Of a stretch of DNA of 64,000 nucleotides, positions 13,924 through 27,728 are shown piece after piece. Source of the DNA: Octopus vulgaris (taxonomy: Eukaryota); assembly GCA_951406725.2 (NCBI GenBank), contig OX597821.1, forward strand, positions 29,264,001-29,328,000. Direction: 5' to 3'. Made by a program: the position numbers and the translations under genes. The notes under the pieces were generated by a model, which was given only the letters and a program-made list of their open reading frames with translations, made no database searches and was not told where the DNA came from. Every line of letters begins with the position of its first letter. Within the stretch, counting starts at the first letter, position 1.

Positions 13924-14979
13924 TGGGAAACCAATTTGAATAATCTAACATGACTGCCATAAACACCACCATCCTCCCTGGATGCTCCATCACCCTCCTA
14001 GACTATTTACCAGCAGCTACAATGGATATCTGCTGGTCAGTGGTCCACCACCCATCCACCCACTAACCATGGTGGATGACATTTTCCACAGAAATTTGTA
14101 GGAGGGGCTCACAACCAACCCATCACAATAACAACGACCCAATTGACCTCTTAACATCAACAATAGCAGAGACAAGCCTTTTTACAATGTTTGCTCTTTG
14201 CCTGCAAGAAATAGCAGCCAGATGCCACTGATATTGCAACCTACTGCTTTTCAAATAAGGAAATCAGACACTCTGAGTAACACAGCTCTAGATACTTGGA
14301 AAGTCTTTTAGAAGAAGTCTGTTAAAAAAATACCAACAATAGCAGCAGTAGTGGTGGTGGCGATGGCAATGGTAATAGTATAAGTAGTAGTCGTGGTAAT
14401 AGAAATAGTAGTAGTTGCGATAGTGGTGGTTGTGATGGAAGTGGTAACAGTATAATCAGTTTCTGTAACAAGATGCAACACCAAAAAAAAAATAAATAAA
14501 TAAATAAATAAATAGAAAAAATGAATAAACCAAAAGGAAAAAAGACAGCAACCATTTACAACATCAACAACAACAGTGATAATGACAGCCAAATCAATTA
14601 TTTATTAGTCAACACTAGGCTAAATAATCTAGTGTTATTTTAACAGGCCCAAATGTCCATGTTAATCTTGTTTTCTTTTTCCATATAGCTCCACCACCAG
14701 CATCACCACCACCACCACCATATTAAGATGACTTCCTTGAAAGCTTGTTACAGACAGCACCAACAGCAGCAATGGTAGTTGTAGTAGTAGTAGTTTTAAT
14801 AGCAAATAGCTTTTTCCTCATCAACAACTTTTCTCCTGCAAAAATACTGATGCACTGTTATATTGTTGAAGACTAGGTCTTTTGTTATCACTTCTATCAT
14901 GTTACCCAGTTCTAACACTGCTGTCTACCAACTGGGTTAGAAACATGTGTTTTCAATTTCACTGTCTACCTCTGCATCT

Positions 14980-15155
14980 TAAGCTGCCGGACGAGATGGT
15001 GAAGATGCCGACAACCACTCGGTTCAAAGTCTCCCTTGACCACAAGTGGCCTGAACTCTTTACATGAACACCACCCTGTACATAACTCCATGACCCCTAT
15101 ATGGCCTTGCTTTTTTGCTTTTTGAGTCAAAAAATTAACTACCTAACTAACTAAT
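14980..15155 (+). mobile_element. 3' end of a CR1-type LINE (ORF2 C-terminus, short 3'UTR, (TAAC)n tail)
   Basis: Translation KLPDEMVKMPTTTRFKVSLDHKWPELFT* fits the CR1/L2 terminal pattern (WN)xLPxxVVxxxxxxxFKxxLDxxW; tail taactacctaactaactaa. Confidence 0.7.
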
Positions 15156-16499
15156 CTCACTTGAATTCTTTCACTTCCCTACAGACAATGCTAATCTGTA
15201 CTTGCTCAGATCAAATCATCAGGCACATCGAAGCTCAACTGCTAGGGAGGACATGCAAAGGCATGGTCACTCCTCTGCCAAAATAAATGAATAAATGCTG
15301 CATGATGGCTACGATGTGCGAAATAGAAACGTATGAGAAACAAGTTTAAATAAAGTGACTCAATCAGGGATTGGAACTATATCACCAGCATGGTTTCTTC
15401 ATAACATACTTTTAGTCCACATACACAGCAGAATGGCAATGCTACATACAGGTTCAACTGATGCTTTAAGCTTAACACCAACAATAGTGACCCTTCAACC
15501 TTCTCACTGTCTAACTGACAAGGCATTAAAATGTAATAAGAATTGAACACAAAATAATAACTTACAATGCAATTTTTGTCCCAGACCTTCAGGCTAGACT
15601 TTCCCACAACTATACCAAATATGTCCTTCTTTAAATTATATTTCTTTAAAAGTAAATAGCCACAGGCAATATCAGCAAATTACTTATAACTAGGACAACA
15701 AGGGGTAAAAAGAAGATGAAATGTTAAACTTTTTTATCCAATAAAAAAAGAAACCCAGCAAGTTTATAATTCACCATTTTCACAGTGGTATCTAGCACTG
15801 GAAAAATCTATTTGGTAGCCCCCCCCCCCCCCGCCACCCACTTTGCCTTGTTGCCTTAAGCATGTGATTACTTTGTTTAATAGCCTAATCTGGCCCTGAC
15901 TACAACTAGTAACAACAATATTTATTCATGAGACCACAGTATGACAAGTAACATCATCCTCTAAAAATAACAAGCAGAATACATATACAAAAAGGAAAGA
16001 CTAATTAATTTTTGCCCAAACACACATCTATCTATACTGACAATGCCTACTGTTTTGAAAGTAAAGAATCAAACCTACCCAAACTAGAGTGCCACCAGCT
16101 TCCCAGACCCTATTATCTCCAAACCACCACCAAAACCACTAGCACTACCAGCAGCAGCACCACCAGTAAAACCAAAGATACAACAACCATTACATATTCT
16201 ATCAAACCTGTCTGCTATCTGTGCTGTCAGCTCAAAAAAAATGAAGTTGCTTTTCATTTAGAGAGGAAAGGTTAGTGCTCATGAAACTTTTTACTTTTTT
16301 TCAGGGTTTCTGAGACTGGTTGGAGAAAGGGAAGATAGCATCATCAAACTGAAGATGGGGCCCAAATACTTGCAACAAAGTAAACTCTGCTAAAAGCAAT
16401 GCAAGCACTAGGTGGTTACACTAACTATTTTTTTTATAGCAACCTACCTGAGACTGTCCCTGGTTCTATGGTATAAATTTCAAGATGATCTTAACCTTT

Positions 16500-17115
16500 A
16501 TCTAACTTACTTGTTTATGTCAGTGGAATGAGAGTACACTGTGGCAACATCTTGAAGGGTTTAGTTAAAAATTAACACCAGTACTAAATTTTTAAGTTTG
16601 GAATTCATTCAGTTGATATCTTTAGCTAAACTGCTAAGTTACTGGTGCATAAAGAAACTAACACTGGTTGTCAAGTAGTGGTGCAGAACAAATACAGACA
16701 GACATATATACACACACACATAATAGGCTTCCTCACAGTTTTCATCAACCAAATTGATTCACAGAGCATTGATTGGCTCAGGGTATTACTAGAAGGCGTA
16801 TAAGGCGGTGAGCTGGCAGAAACGTTAGCACGCCGGGCGAAATGCTTTGCGGTATTTTGTCTGCCGCTACGTTCTGAGTTCAAATTCCGCCGAGGTCGAC
16901 TTTGCCTTCCATCCTTTCGGGGTCGATTAAATAAGTACCAGTTACGCACTGGGGTCGATGTAATCAACTTAATCCATTTGTCTGTCCTTGTTTGTCCTCT
17001 CTGTGTTTAGTCCCATGTGGGTAGTAAAAGAAATAGGTATTACTAGAAGACACATATCCCAGTTGTTGCAGCTGTGAGACTGAAGCCAAAACCAACCGGT
17101 TGCAAAGTGAACTAA
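16500..17115 (-). mobile_element. Old family B SINE interrupted by a young family A SINE
   Basis: Family B reverse-complement motifs on both sides of the insertion rejoin at ggtattactagaag|acac. Confidence 0.7.
16796..17035 (+). mobile_element. SINE family A, young full-length copy with 14-bp TSD
   Basis: TSD ggtattactagaag at 16782-16795 and 17036-17049; A-box-like agctggcagaaacgttag, B box gagttcaaattcc; CpGs retained. Confidence 0.92.
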
Positions 17116-18699
17116 AGGTGGTGTATTCCAACAGAAATATGGTAACAAAGGGTTTAATCAGAGGGACAGATCAAATCTACCACCCAAGAATTATGAATTC
17201 ACGAAAACATTGATATAAATACCACAAGGCATTTTGTTGTAATCTCTTAAGACTTTTAATCTATTGCCTTTACCTTCATGAACAACAGCAACATTATTGC
17301 CAGACCACCACCACCACTACCACTTCTACTGCATCAACAACAATTACAATATGGTTTGCTATCACTATAAGCATCACCACAACATCATTCACCCATACTG
17401 TTATTCTCACAGCAGAACCAATTAAATTGTCAACATACAAGCAACAGTACCACCATCTTTATCACCACTACCATAATGTCAACAACACCAACAACAACAA
17501 CATCCACTAACCAATACATTGACTAACTTCTCAACCCCCACCAACCCTGTCACGGCATCTGTGAGAGGATAAAAGCAAAGGATAAAGGATAGGCTGCATT
17601 GTTTATCTTTGCTCAACCAATTAAACTGATTATATTAAAACCATGAACACCACCGCCAGCAACAACAACATAAAATACAACCCATCACCACTGTGACCAC
17701 TGCTATGAACAATAACAAGACACCAACATCAATAAGGTCCCCACTATCATCACCACCAGCAACAACAACAATTATCAAGATAATGAAGGAATCCCTGCAT
17801 TGTTCAGCAGTACACAAGAAATAGCAGCCAATGAGGAAGCTTCTATACAGTTGCTTGCTCTGCTAGCAACAGCAAACAAATTTTCTTTAACCCTTTCATT
17901 ATCAAATATCAGTTGGAATACACTGCTTTTGTTTCAGTTAATTTTGAAATAAAGAAGAATTTAGCAAAGTAACTTTTTTGTTGGTAAACTGATGTTTGAA
18001 ACAAATTAAAATAGAATTTTGATGAAGGATCCTTTTGATTTAGATCCTTTTTTTAAAACAGTTTGTATCACTTATTCAGGGCGTCCAGCTATATTTAAAA
18101 AAGGTGAAAAAGATACAAAAGAACTGCATTATCCTACAATCGTTCGTTATTAAGATGAGTGGTCATAGCTGGAATACTTTTGATTATAGCTGTAATGGAT
18201 TAGAGCTGCCCAGGGATTAAATAGCAACAAGCAATAAAGAAGAATTTACAGGGTTCCTTGAGCTAGAAAAAAATAACAGTTGAGCTTCCATCAAATCACA
18301 TTAATCTGTCTTCAATAAGAAAAGGATATGTGAGATAATGTAATTATATATACTCTAAAAAGACAGAATACTCATAGGTGGAATGCCTTTAACCATAGAT
18401 CTGTTTGATCAAGCTTGACCTGAAGATAAACAACCCAGTAGCCATCACCACCACTATCACCATCATATTAATACCAATAATTACACCAATATCAACACAA
18501 GCCCTTTTATGAGGTCAATCAACTTGCTAGAACTGGCACCCAAACCATCCTTAAATTATGCTGTGCCATCTTGAGAAGAGAAAAACAGATTGCATAATGT
18601 AGTGCTAGATATGAAATACCTAAGAGAAGGAGGGCCATCAATAGAGGCTTAATAATAGATCTACTCAGTAAGGCTAGCCGAGGACTAAACAAAACATTT

Positions 18700-19980
18700 T
18701 CTGTGGTGTTAGAAGGATGGGGCAATGCTCATGGTCTTTGCAAGCCTTTCTAGACCAGTGACATTGACGTCATTAATATCCTGTTGAGCCTTTGCAAGTC
18801 AACACCTACTGAAAAAACATAGGCAGGGGTGAAATTCCAGAGGGCTAACATCCGAGTAAAGAATGAGTGTAGTGTTTAATGTAGAAGCTGAAGGATTGGA
18901 CACAACAAGGGGCCTATGTAGAATAATAGGAGTGGCTGTGTGGTAAGTAGCTTGTAAACCAACCACATGGTTCCGGGTTCAGTCCCACTGCGTGGCATCT
19001 TGGGCAAGTGTCTTCTGCTATAGCCCCGGGCCGACCAATGCCTTGTGAGTGGATTTGGTAGACGGAAACTGAAAGAAGCCTGTTGTATATACGTATATAT
19101 ATATATATATATATAAGTGTGTGTGTATATGTTTGTGTGTCTGTGTTTGTCCCCCAAGCATTGCTTGACAACCGATGCTGGTGTGTTTATGTCCCCGTCA
19201 CTTAGCGGTTCGGCAAAAGAGACCGATAGAATAAGTACTGGGCTTACACAGAATAAGTCCCGAGATTGATTTGCTCGACTAAAGGCGGTGCTCCAGCATG
19301 CTAGTACAAGTAAAAGAGTAAAAGAGGAAAGAGTAAGAAAGATAAGTGGATTGGGAACACCTGAGTAGAGGTGGAATGATCCCTAGCTGGCTCCGAGAGA
19401 GCAGAGACTACAGTAGCAGTAGAAAACACAGAAGGATGACAGCATGTCTGTGGGTTGGACACAGACGTGTGTCTGTGAGTGACTTTACACCAATCATCCA
19501 GGTGAGTCACTTCTGGATGAAGTGTTAGATGCTTGTGTGTGCAAGCAGTAGCCCTGTGCCAGATGTGAGGACAATACTCCACTGTTGGTTTCACTTGAGT
19601 TTTGTACTGTGCCAATGTTTGTTAGAATCTAAAGTATCTTCTGTCCTTGAAAAGAAGAGCCAGTCACTGGGATGCTGTTTTAGTGATATTAAGGATGCAC
19701 CTTATTCAGTGACAGTGAGATTCAACATGTTGTGGCAATTGCGAAAGCTGTAGCTCTAGTGCTGTTCACAATTAAGGGGTATGCGGTGTGAAGATGCTTC
19801 CTCGATATGAAAGGCAACAAATCATTTTTCTTGTTCCTTGAAAGACATAAAATAGGCACATCTCCATTGGAGGATGTGTTTTTTTAGGTCTTTGCTCATG
19901 GTATCAAAGCAGATGTAGTATGTGGAGTCTAACTTGTGGAGTGGATGATACATGACTGGGAAAAGTTATGGAGGCATGAA
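18700..19980 (-). mobile_element. Decayed non-LTR retrotransposon (CR1/Jockey-type) ORF2 C-terminal region, split by a family B SINE
   Basis: Minus-strand peptide YKTQVKPTVEYCPHIW matches the LINE motif YKxxVRPxxEYCxxxW; beyond the SINE a frame reads ALWNFTPAYVF (WNxLPxxVF motif); frameshifts and stops. Confidence 0.75.
18928..19325 (+). mobile_element. SINE family B, young near-full-length copy
   Basis: Near-identical to 9482-9897 with a short deletion near the 3' end. Confidence 0.9.
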
Positions 19981-21749
19981 TGGCACTTAGCCCCAAAATT
20001 ACCGATTGTAAAGACTAATTCTGCACAACAACAACAACAAACTGCCATTACCAAACCCTATTATTCTACATAGGCCACTGATAACTGCCCCTTACTTTCT
20101 AATTTTGACATCCTCATCTTCAGTGTTGTATTATTACACATTCACACAACAATCAACAATTAACCTAGCAACACTAAATTGCAGACAAGAAATAATCACT
20201 CCTGTCATTTTCTTTTCCTTTCTTCTGTTTTTTTGTACTTTTTGTGTTATTTTTAATTTTGATTTCTGACAATTTTGTTTGATTTAGTGTTCCAGAGTGT
20301 TTTAACATATTTGTATTGACATGAAGAAGAATAAGTTGTCACACTCATCATTAACACCACCACCACAACAACAGCCACTACCACCATCACCACTATCATT
20401 AGGTACAACCACACTTGTCATCACCAAAACTAATATTGTCTTCATCACCATGGCAGCTCAGTGTTAATAAGACCAACCAGCATTGTCTACCACCACCACC
20501 ACCATGACTACCATCATCATTACCATCACCACCACCATCATTATCATCATCATTATAACTACAAATCACTGTCATATTAATCACAGCCATAATTATGATG
20601 CTACTGTTTCTCCCATCATTATCACTCGAATTACCATCAGCATCATCATCACTATCACCTGAATCATCATTCTCACCACTTGAATCACTGTGATTGTTAA
20701 CATTATAGAGGTTTTGCTGTTGTTGTCATGCCTCTCATGTAAGAAACACTGAAGGTTGTTAACCCCTTATCATCGATGCAATTCTCCAACAACAACAACA
20801 ACAATCTAAATACCCATACTGTAATGTAATACCCATACTGTAATGTAACAAGCAAAGGTACAACTACATTTGTCTGCAATATATCATAGCTGCTGTATCT
20901 ACCACTGTCACTACCACAACCATCATCATCCTCCTCCTCCTCCTCATCATCATCGTCATTATATCTAGAAGCTAATAAATGTCTTAAATAACTTCAGCAC
21001 GACAACACTTTGACATTCTCAAATCTGTGTTCACAACCTTCTCAACTTTTTTGATTGAAAGCCATTCTAGAAGGATGTTGCAGATTAAAAGAAAAAAGAA
21101 TAAAAAGAAAAACGACAAAAAAAAAAAAAAGAAGCAAAAAATTCCTAGTTTCACCATCTAGCTGTGGTTCTATCCAAAACAATTTACAAGCATGGCAAGT
21201 CTACAAAACATAACTAGTGTCAATTTCTTCTCAACAAATTCTTAAACAACACGGTGATGACAGTTGAACTAATACAAAACATTTTCCTTCTTCCTCTCTC
21301 TCTCTCTCTTATTTCCTTCCAACAAGTACAAACACTGGCAATACGTCACCAAAATACACACACATGTATGTATGTATGTATGTGTGTAGTTATGCAAGTA
21401 TGTATGTTGTTAATGCCAGTCAATTATCTCTTAAGCTAGGGGAGCAAGGGGGTAATAATTGGCAGTCCCATAGCCTTCCCTTCCTAAATTACCCCAACAA
21501 TAGCAAAAAAACGAAACAAAAAAAAAACATGTTTACAAATACAACCAATCAAAACTTATTAATTGCTTTGATGAATGAAGGACAATTTGCCATACATGAA
21601 AAGAGATACAACCAGAGAATTAAGATTAGGAAAGATAGCCCTTTATTCATCAGATCCTTTTTTCATCCTTTATTCATCAGATTTTAACTACATTAGACAA
21701 ATAACAAAAAATTCCATTTTAAGTGTAAGCTATCAGCATTTATTGCAAA

Positions 21750-22140
21750 ATATAACAGTCTAAACAGTCTAACATTATTAAGTTGGACGTCAGGAGCTAA
21801 AAGAAGGATGAAGGAATGGGGCAGCAAAGGCTGCTCCAGGCTACACAGATTCTAGTAAGATCACTGTTTAGAGTAAAACATAACAGTCTAACAGCATTAC
21901 ATCTAGAATGAAGTAGAAAAATCTAAGAGTTTTGGGTTTAGAGTAAAGTACAGCTGTCTAACAGCATTGAGTCTAAAACAGACTATGAAAGTCTAACATT
22001 AATTGTTGAGTCTATTACGATAGGCTTACAACGTCAAGTCTAGAACAGACAGTTGAGTCAACAGTAAAAAAGTACAGTTGTCCAACAGCAATAAGTCTGA
22101 GATTTCACTGTACATACATTACAAGGCCAACAGCAATGTA
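21750..22140. repeat. Degenerate minisatellite-like array with core acagtctaacagcatt
   Basis: gtctaaca(g/t)(c/t)att variants near 21767, 21886, 21956, 21991, 22080, 22126 with irregular spacing. Confidence 0.55.
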
Positions 22141-23178
22141 TAGTTATGATACCAGGCTTGGATATCTCAAGAGGAGTTCTCTACTATACTTTATGGGCAA
22201 GTGGCACAGTTACACATGGTATAAGTTGGAAGACCCATTTTCTTTTCTTTTAGTAATATCTTGAAATTCTCCAATCAGAATTAATTATGAGAGTGCAATA
22301 AGTTAAGAGCCAAACTGAAGTATGATAACTTAATTTAAGAAAAAAATTATTCAGTGACATTAACAACAATGTTCAATAACTTAAACTAGATGGGTTTCCA
22401 GTCTACAGAATGAGAAATGTGACATATGCATTTGTGTGAATGTGCTTCAATGTGTGTGTGTGAGTGTGTGTGCATGAAATAATTCTCTTTTAGAATGGTA
22501 TAACTTGAAGCAGATAAAGCTTTAATAGTATATAGATGTTGGATTAAAAATCCCTCAGGATAGAAAAAAAAAACAAAAAAAAAAACAGAAGATCTTTTTA
22601 ACCCAGTATTTACATGCTACTATTTATAGCTTTATCTGCTCCAAACTTCACAATTTCAGAAAAGAAAAAAAAAAAAAAAATTCACATTCCTTTGGAGTTT
22701 CTAAATTCTTATGATTTCACCAATACACACACACACACAAATACACACAAACACACACGCATATATATATGGATGGATCTCTGTCGGTTTCCATGATGAG
22801 GATTCAGCTGCTCAATTAGCCACACATACAAGTAAATGTATTGTTCATTAAATGTATTGTAATTTTAAGGCAGTACAAGTCGTCTCCAGTTTCACTCACA
22901 AGTTATGATTCTATCTGAGGTCAGAGGAAATGACATTTTCCCCAAATAACAGACATTACTGAACCCATGACCTCATGGTTGCAAAGTGAACATCGTACAT
23001 TTGGCCATATACGTAAGGACAACAACAAACTGACAACTAAAATGTTATTGTTCCTTTAACGTATTTAAAGAACAAAGTTCTCAAAAAGCAAAGTGATATG
23101 TCATTTGGGACCTGAAAATTACTGGGTGCTGAACTTTAACCATGAATATAACAAAAAAAAAAATTACTATTTAGTATA

Positions 23179-23492
23179 TCACCGTGATCACCATGACCGA
23201 CCATGCTATCAGATGCTGATACACATCGCTGGTCACAATGCGCTTCGCATTGTGTTAGCCTTCAAATGATGCCACCCCGCTGGCTAAGCGAGCAGGCCAA
23301 CAGAAGAAAGAGTGAGAGAAAGTTGTGGCGAAAGAGTACAGCAGGGATTGCCACCCCCCCCCCTGCCGGAGCCTCGTGGAGCTTTAGGTGTTTTCGCTCA
23401 ATAAACACTCACAACGCCCGGTCTGGGAATCGAAACCGCGATCTTACGACCACGAGTCCGCTGCCCTAACCACTGGGCCATTGTGCCTCCAC
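23179..23492 (-). mobile_element. tRNA(Arg-like)-derived SINE family F, tail type 1, 10-bp TSD
   Basis: TSD atttagtata at 23169-23178 and 23493-23502; minus-strand A box tggcccagtgg and B box ggtttcgattccc; 5' ~180 bp shared with 44358-44742. Confidence 0.92.
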
Positions 23493-25604
23493 ATTTAGTA
23501 TACATCCTCTGTAATGATTGTTAACTTTTGCAACAAACCTCCCAGAAAGTGCTCATGGTTCTATGATAGAAGATTACCAATTTTAAAGAGATCTAAATCA
23601 AGACCTTCCAGTTTCATGTTAATTTACATGCTGAAAGCCATTTCAAAATAACACCAGTTGTTAAATAAATTCTTTGGTATTATCAAAATTAATTGAAAGT
23701 TAGTATAGTTTGACGTAAATATGGTAACAAAAAGGTAAATAACTATAACTGCATAAAGAACCCCATATTAGACTAAATCAGTTTTGGTGAAATTTGAACT
23801 CACTATTTGAAGCTATCGAAGGACTTGCAAAATAAAACAGACTGATAGCTGATGCATTCAACAAGTCATTTTTCTTTCCTGTTTCTTTTTAAAACTTGCA
23901 GTTAGGTACAATTGATGTCAAAAGCATCAATCTATTATACAGTGTTTGATTTTGATTCTTAGCTAGTGATATTATATGTGATGGCAATACCATATAAGAA
24001 TCTAACTGTCTATTAATTCACACAGCAGGGGAGTAATACAACCTGAAAGAAGGAAAATATGACAAAAAAGGAAGGAAATACAATATGTAAAACATCTATC
24101 AACACACACACACACTCACATGTATATACATATACACTAAAACAATAAATTTGTCATCTTTTATGGATTGTTTTAGAAGTACTGCAGGAGAAATAATGCG
24201 ACTAGAATGTCAACATTTGTATTGTTAGTTTTGCAACCTGGATACAACATCTTGTGCAAGCATGAACACCCAACCACCACCACCACCACCACCACCATCA
24301 CAAATGACACACAACGCAAGCAATAAATCACTTCTATAACAATCATCAAACATTAACAGCACCAGATCTATAATATCCATTCCTTCCCACCAGCAACACC
24401 GAAACACTTCATATAATCCAGATTTGTTTTTTCATATTCTTACTTTTTTGTTCTATGGTCCTTGAGCTAAAGTTAAAAAAAAAAAAAAAAGGTTCCGTTG
24501 AATGGATAGCAGATCCATGTGATGAAGGAGATTAATCTCACATTTGTTGTTCAATAAAATAAATAGATAAGCTCATTTAGTTAAATCCTACTTTAACTAT
24601 GAAAGTAAAAGTAGACTGTGGAAAAGGTATTTATTTTCAGGGCTTTACACTTTTCAATTTGATTAATTTCTTTTTTCATGTAATGCTAAACATGTAAAGC
24701 AAGATTTATGATAGGACAGAGAAATGGATGTGGTGAGGAGTATTCCTTTCCAAAAGACCATCACCAGTATAACTGAACTGTATTAGTATAAGGCCAGTTT
24801 TTTTCCATATTGTTATCTGACGAGCATACTTATTAAATAACTGTCCAGTTACCTAACATCTGGTGCAAAACCAATTATCAAGATCAGCTGTAATAGGTTT
24901 ATAACACTATTGTATACTTCAATATACATACATACAAATTCACACAGACATATAATGTAAGGTAAATGTGTATCTCCCATACAGCAAGAAGCCTGCTCTG
25001 TCTGTTTTTCAATGCTTTAACTGCTCAACACAAAGCATGAAACCACCTACCTCTCTACTATTATCCCATTCAGTTGAAGGGGATCTTAGTTTTGCCAGTT
25101 ATACAGTGATTTCATTCTGTAAAGTGGTTTACATTAAGAAGAACATTCAGTCACACAAACCATGCCAAATCAGATATTAAGGCATGGGCACAATCCTCCA
25201 ACTCCACTGGATGATGTTGAACCATTTCTATCATGCCAACATGCTGGAAGATGGACACTATATGGATGTGTACATGTATATCATCATCACCCTCATCATC
25301 ATTTAACATCCACTTTCTATGCTGGCATGGGTTAGACGGTTTAACTGGTACTGGTAAGCAGGAGAGCAGCACCAGGCTCCAGTCTGATCTAGCAGTGTTT
25401 CTACAACTGGATGCCCTTTCCAATGCCTATATACATATATATATATATTTACTCTTCACTTATATAGCTGAAGTTTTATATATATGAAATATAGATGACT
25501 ACAGAAAATCCCAATTCACATGGTATTGAAGGTATAGTGTTCATGATAGAATATTATATCACCAACATATTCTTTTAGCATCAATCTATTATACTAATAA
25601 GCAA

Positions 25605-26050
25605 AGGCAGAGCTGAGTTGGTTAAGAAGTTTCTTTGCAACCACATGGTTGGGGGTTTAGAGCCACTGTGTGGGACACAGGCCCCTGTCTTTGATTAAAA
25701 TATTATAAATAGATTTGGTGGATGGAAATTTAAAGAAGCCTGTGATGTGTATGTGTATGCGTTTGTGTGCATGAGTGCACATGCATTTGTGTGTTGTGTG
25801 CATATGCACTTATGTGCATTTGTTCCTTGCTTGGATATTGTAAGCTAATCTAGTAAAAGTCATATTAATTGTGTCATCTGTAAAAATGAGTCCATCTATT
25901 GTGCTGGTCATGTTTGGAAGCCTAGGAGAAATATCTTGCATGGAAACAGGTGAGGGTTGGCAATAGGAAGAGCATCTGAAAAAAATCTGTCTAAATGAAT
26001 CTTAAGGTACTGATCCGCACAAGTAAGAAAAAGTGAATATTAAATTGATT
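25605..26050 (+). mobile_element. Family J SINE (B-type head with alternative 3' tail); other copies about 45790-46035 (tail only), 48765-49170, 50215-50650(-), 29800-30010(-)
   Basis: B head (caaccacatggtt..gatttggt.ga.ggaaa..aaagaagcc), a TG tract, then ggaaacaggtgagggttggcaataggaagagcatc..aaaatctg..aaaagtg.a.attaaa. Confidence 0.7.
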
Positions 26051-26057
26051 ATTACTA

Positions 26058-26495
26058 TTGTTGAGTGAGAGAGCACTGCATGCCATCAAAGTGACACTGG
26101 GGTAAAATATATGAAGCCCAGTATATTCATCATGACTACCCGTCTCCTAAGCACATGCATCACAACCAAATGTGCGCAACATGATGATCGTATATCAAGA
26201 TAAATAGCACATGACCTTGCAGGTGGGCCCAGTTAGAATTTTCTTCAAGTCAAGTAACCCATCCTGCTCAAAAGGTCCTTGAATAAGGGTTGTTTCAGAA
26301 TGTTGAACAAAACACCTATGTTTCCAGAGCTAAATTACTGTAACTCCAAAGCATCCCTCTCAACACATGGCTATGATGCTCCCCACCACTTCTGCGTGTG
26401 ATCAGAGATGCACATATAGTCAGTCATCAAGGGACATGCTCAACTGGTTAAGGTGGAATTGTGGTAGGATAGAATATTTGCGTAGCTCATCTTTT
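26058..26495 (-). mobile_element. Family G retro-repeat, 5'-truncated
   Basis: Reverse complement of 56140-56551 (ttgagtgagagagca.tgcatgccatcaaagtgacactggggtaaaatat...). Confidence 0.88.
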
Positions 26496-26559
26496 ATACT
26501 AAGACAAAACATTTTACTCTAGGCACATGCCTTACAACCATATGTGCGTGATTATTATA

Positions 26560-26600
<41 letters not shown>

Positions 26601-27675
26601 CATCATCATCACCATCACACACACACACAATCTCTCTCTCTCTCACAAATATAGATAGGTAGATAGACAAGAGAGAGAAACAAAAATAGGTCACAGATTC
26701 TGTTTTTCTTGTACTCTATGGAATGTGCTACAAAAATCTGAGAAAATTATTGATGTTCCAAAGTAGATTTGAAGAAAATAGATCAAGAAAGAAGCTATTT
26801 GAGGTCAATAATCATTCTTTACCTGGTTACAATATTGCCTTTCACACTCCCTTTCCTTCCTTCCAATCACATAGCTATTTACACTTATTCATTTGCAAAA
26901 TAGTAATTCCTCCACCACCACCCCACTCTCTCCCCCCCTCTCTCTCTACCAAAGGGAATTCCAAACCAATCAAAGCAGTAATGAATAAATTTCAATCCTC
27001 CTGATGCTGTGAGCTGGGCAAATTTAACATCAAACTACATTGAGATCACGTATGATTAAGTAAAGCCCCGGTTCATTTATTTATCTCTGTTCTTCCAATA
27101 GCCCAGACCTTATCTGTCTCTAATTACTGAGTAATAAGACACTCAACTTCCACCACGTCTCCACCACCGACATAATGAAGAAAATAATCGGATTTTTAAT
27201 AGCTGAAAGGCCATAACATACAGGGGTCAACTTAGCAGAAGAAAAATTTTTCATCATACACAGAATATCTGGCTTCTGCAAAAGACTATTTTTGAATTGT
27301 TTGCATGTTTTTCGTTCGCCATTCGCTGCCATTTGATAATCAATAATAACCATTATGTATTCTGTAAGGGAAAACTTGATTGATGCTTTATAAACTTTTC
27401 TTATCTTGCCCATTAACATATATGAAAGCTGTCTAGATGATGACGGAGACAAATTGAAAAATTCTATGATTTATCAAATTGATTTTAGCTTGGCATTATA
27501 TCCAAAATATCTATCAAATCACTCTTTAACATCTTACCTTAAATTCATTTTCTAAGAATATGCACAAACACACTCACGCATAAATATCTCATTACTTTTT
27601 GTCATTACTCTCTACCTTTCCTTAGCTGTCTAGCCATACATATATAATTTCCCTACCTTTCTTCCTGTACATTGA

Positions 27676-27728
<53 letters not shown>

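Noticed and set aside
20809-20850. Perfect ~19-bp tandem duplication (aatacccatactgtaatgt x2)
   Set aside because: Real but ordinary local duplication with no further structure.
24810-24885. Second hammerhead-like string (ctgacgagcat...gtgcaaaaccaatt)
   Set aside because: GAAA core is broken, there is no valid helix III or cleavage triplet, and helix I is poor; at most a heavily decayed relic.
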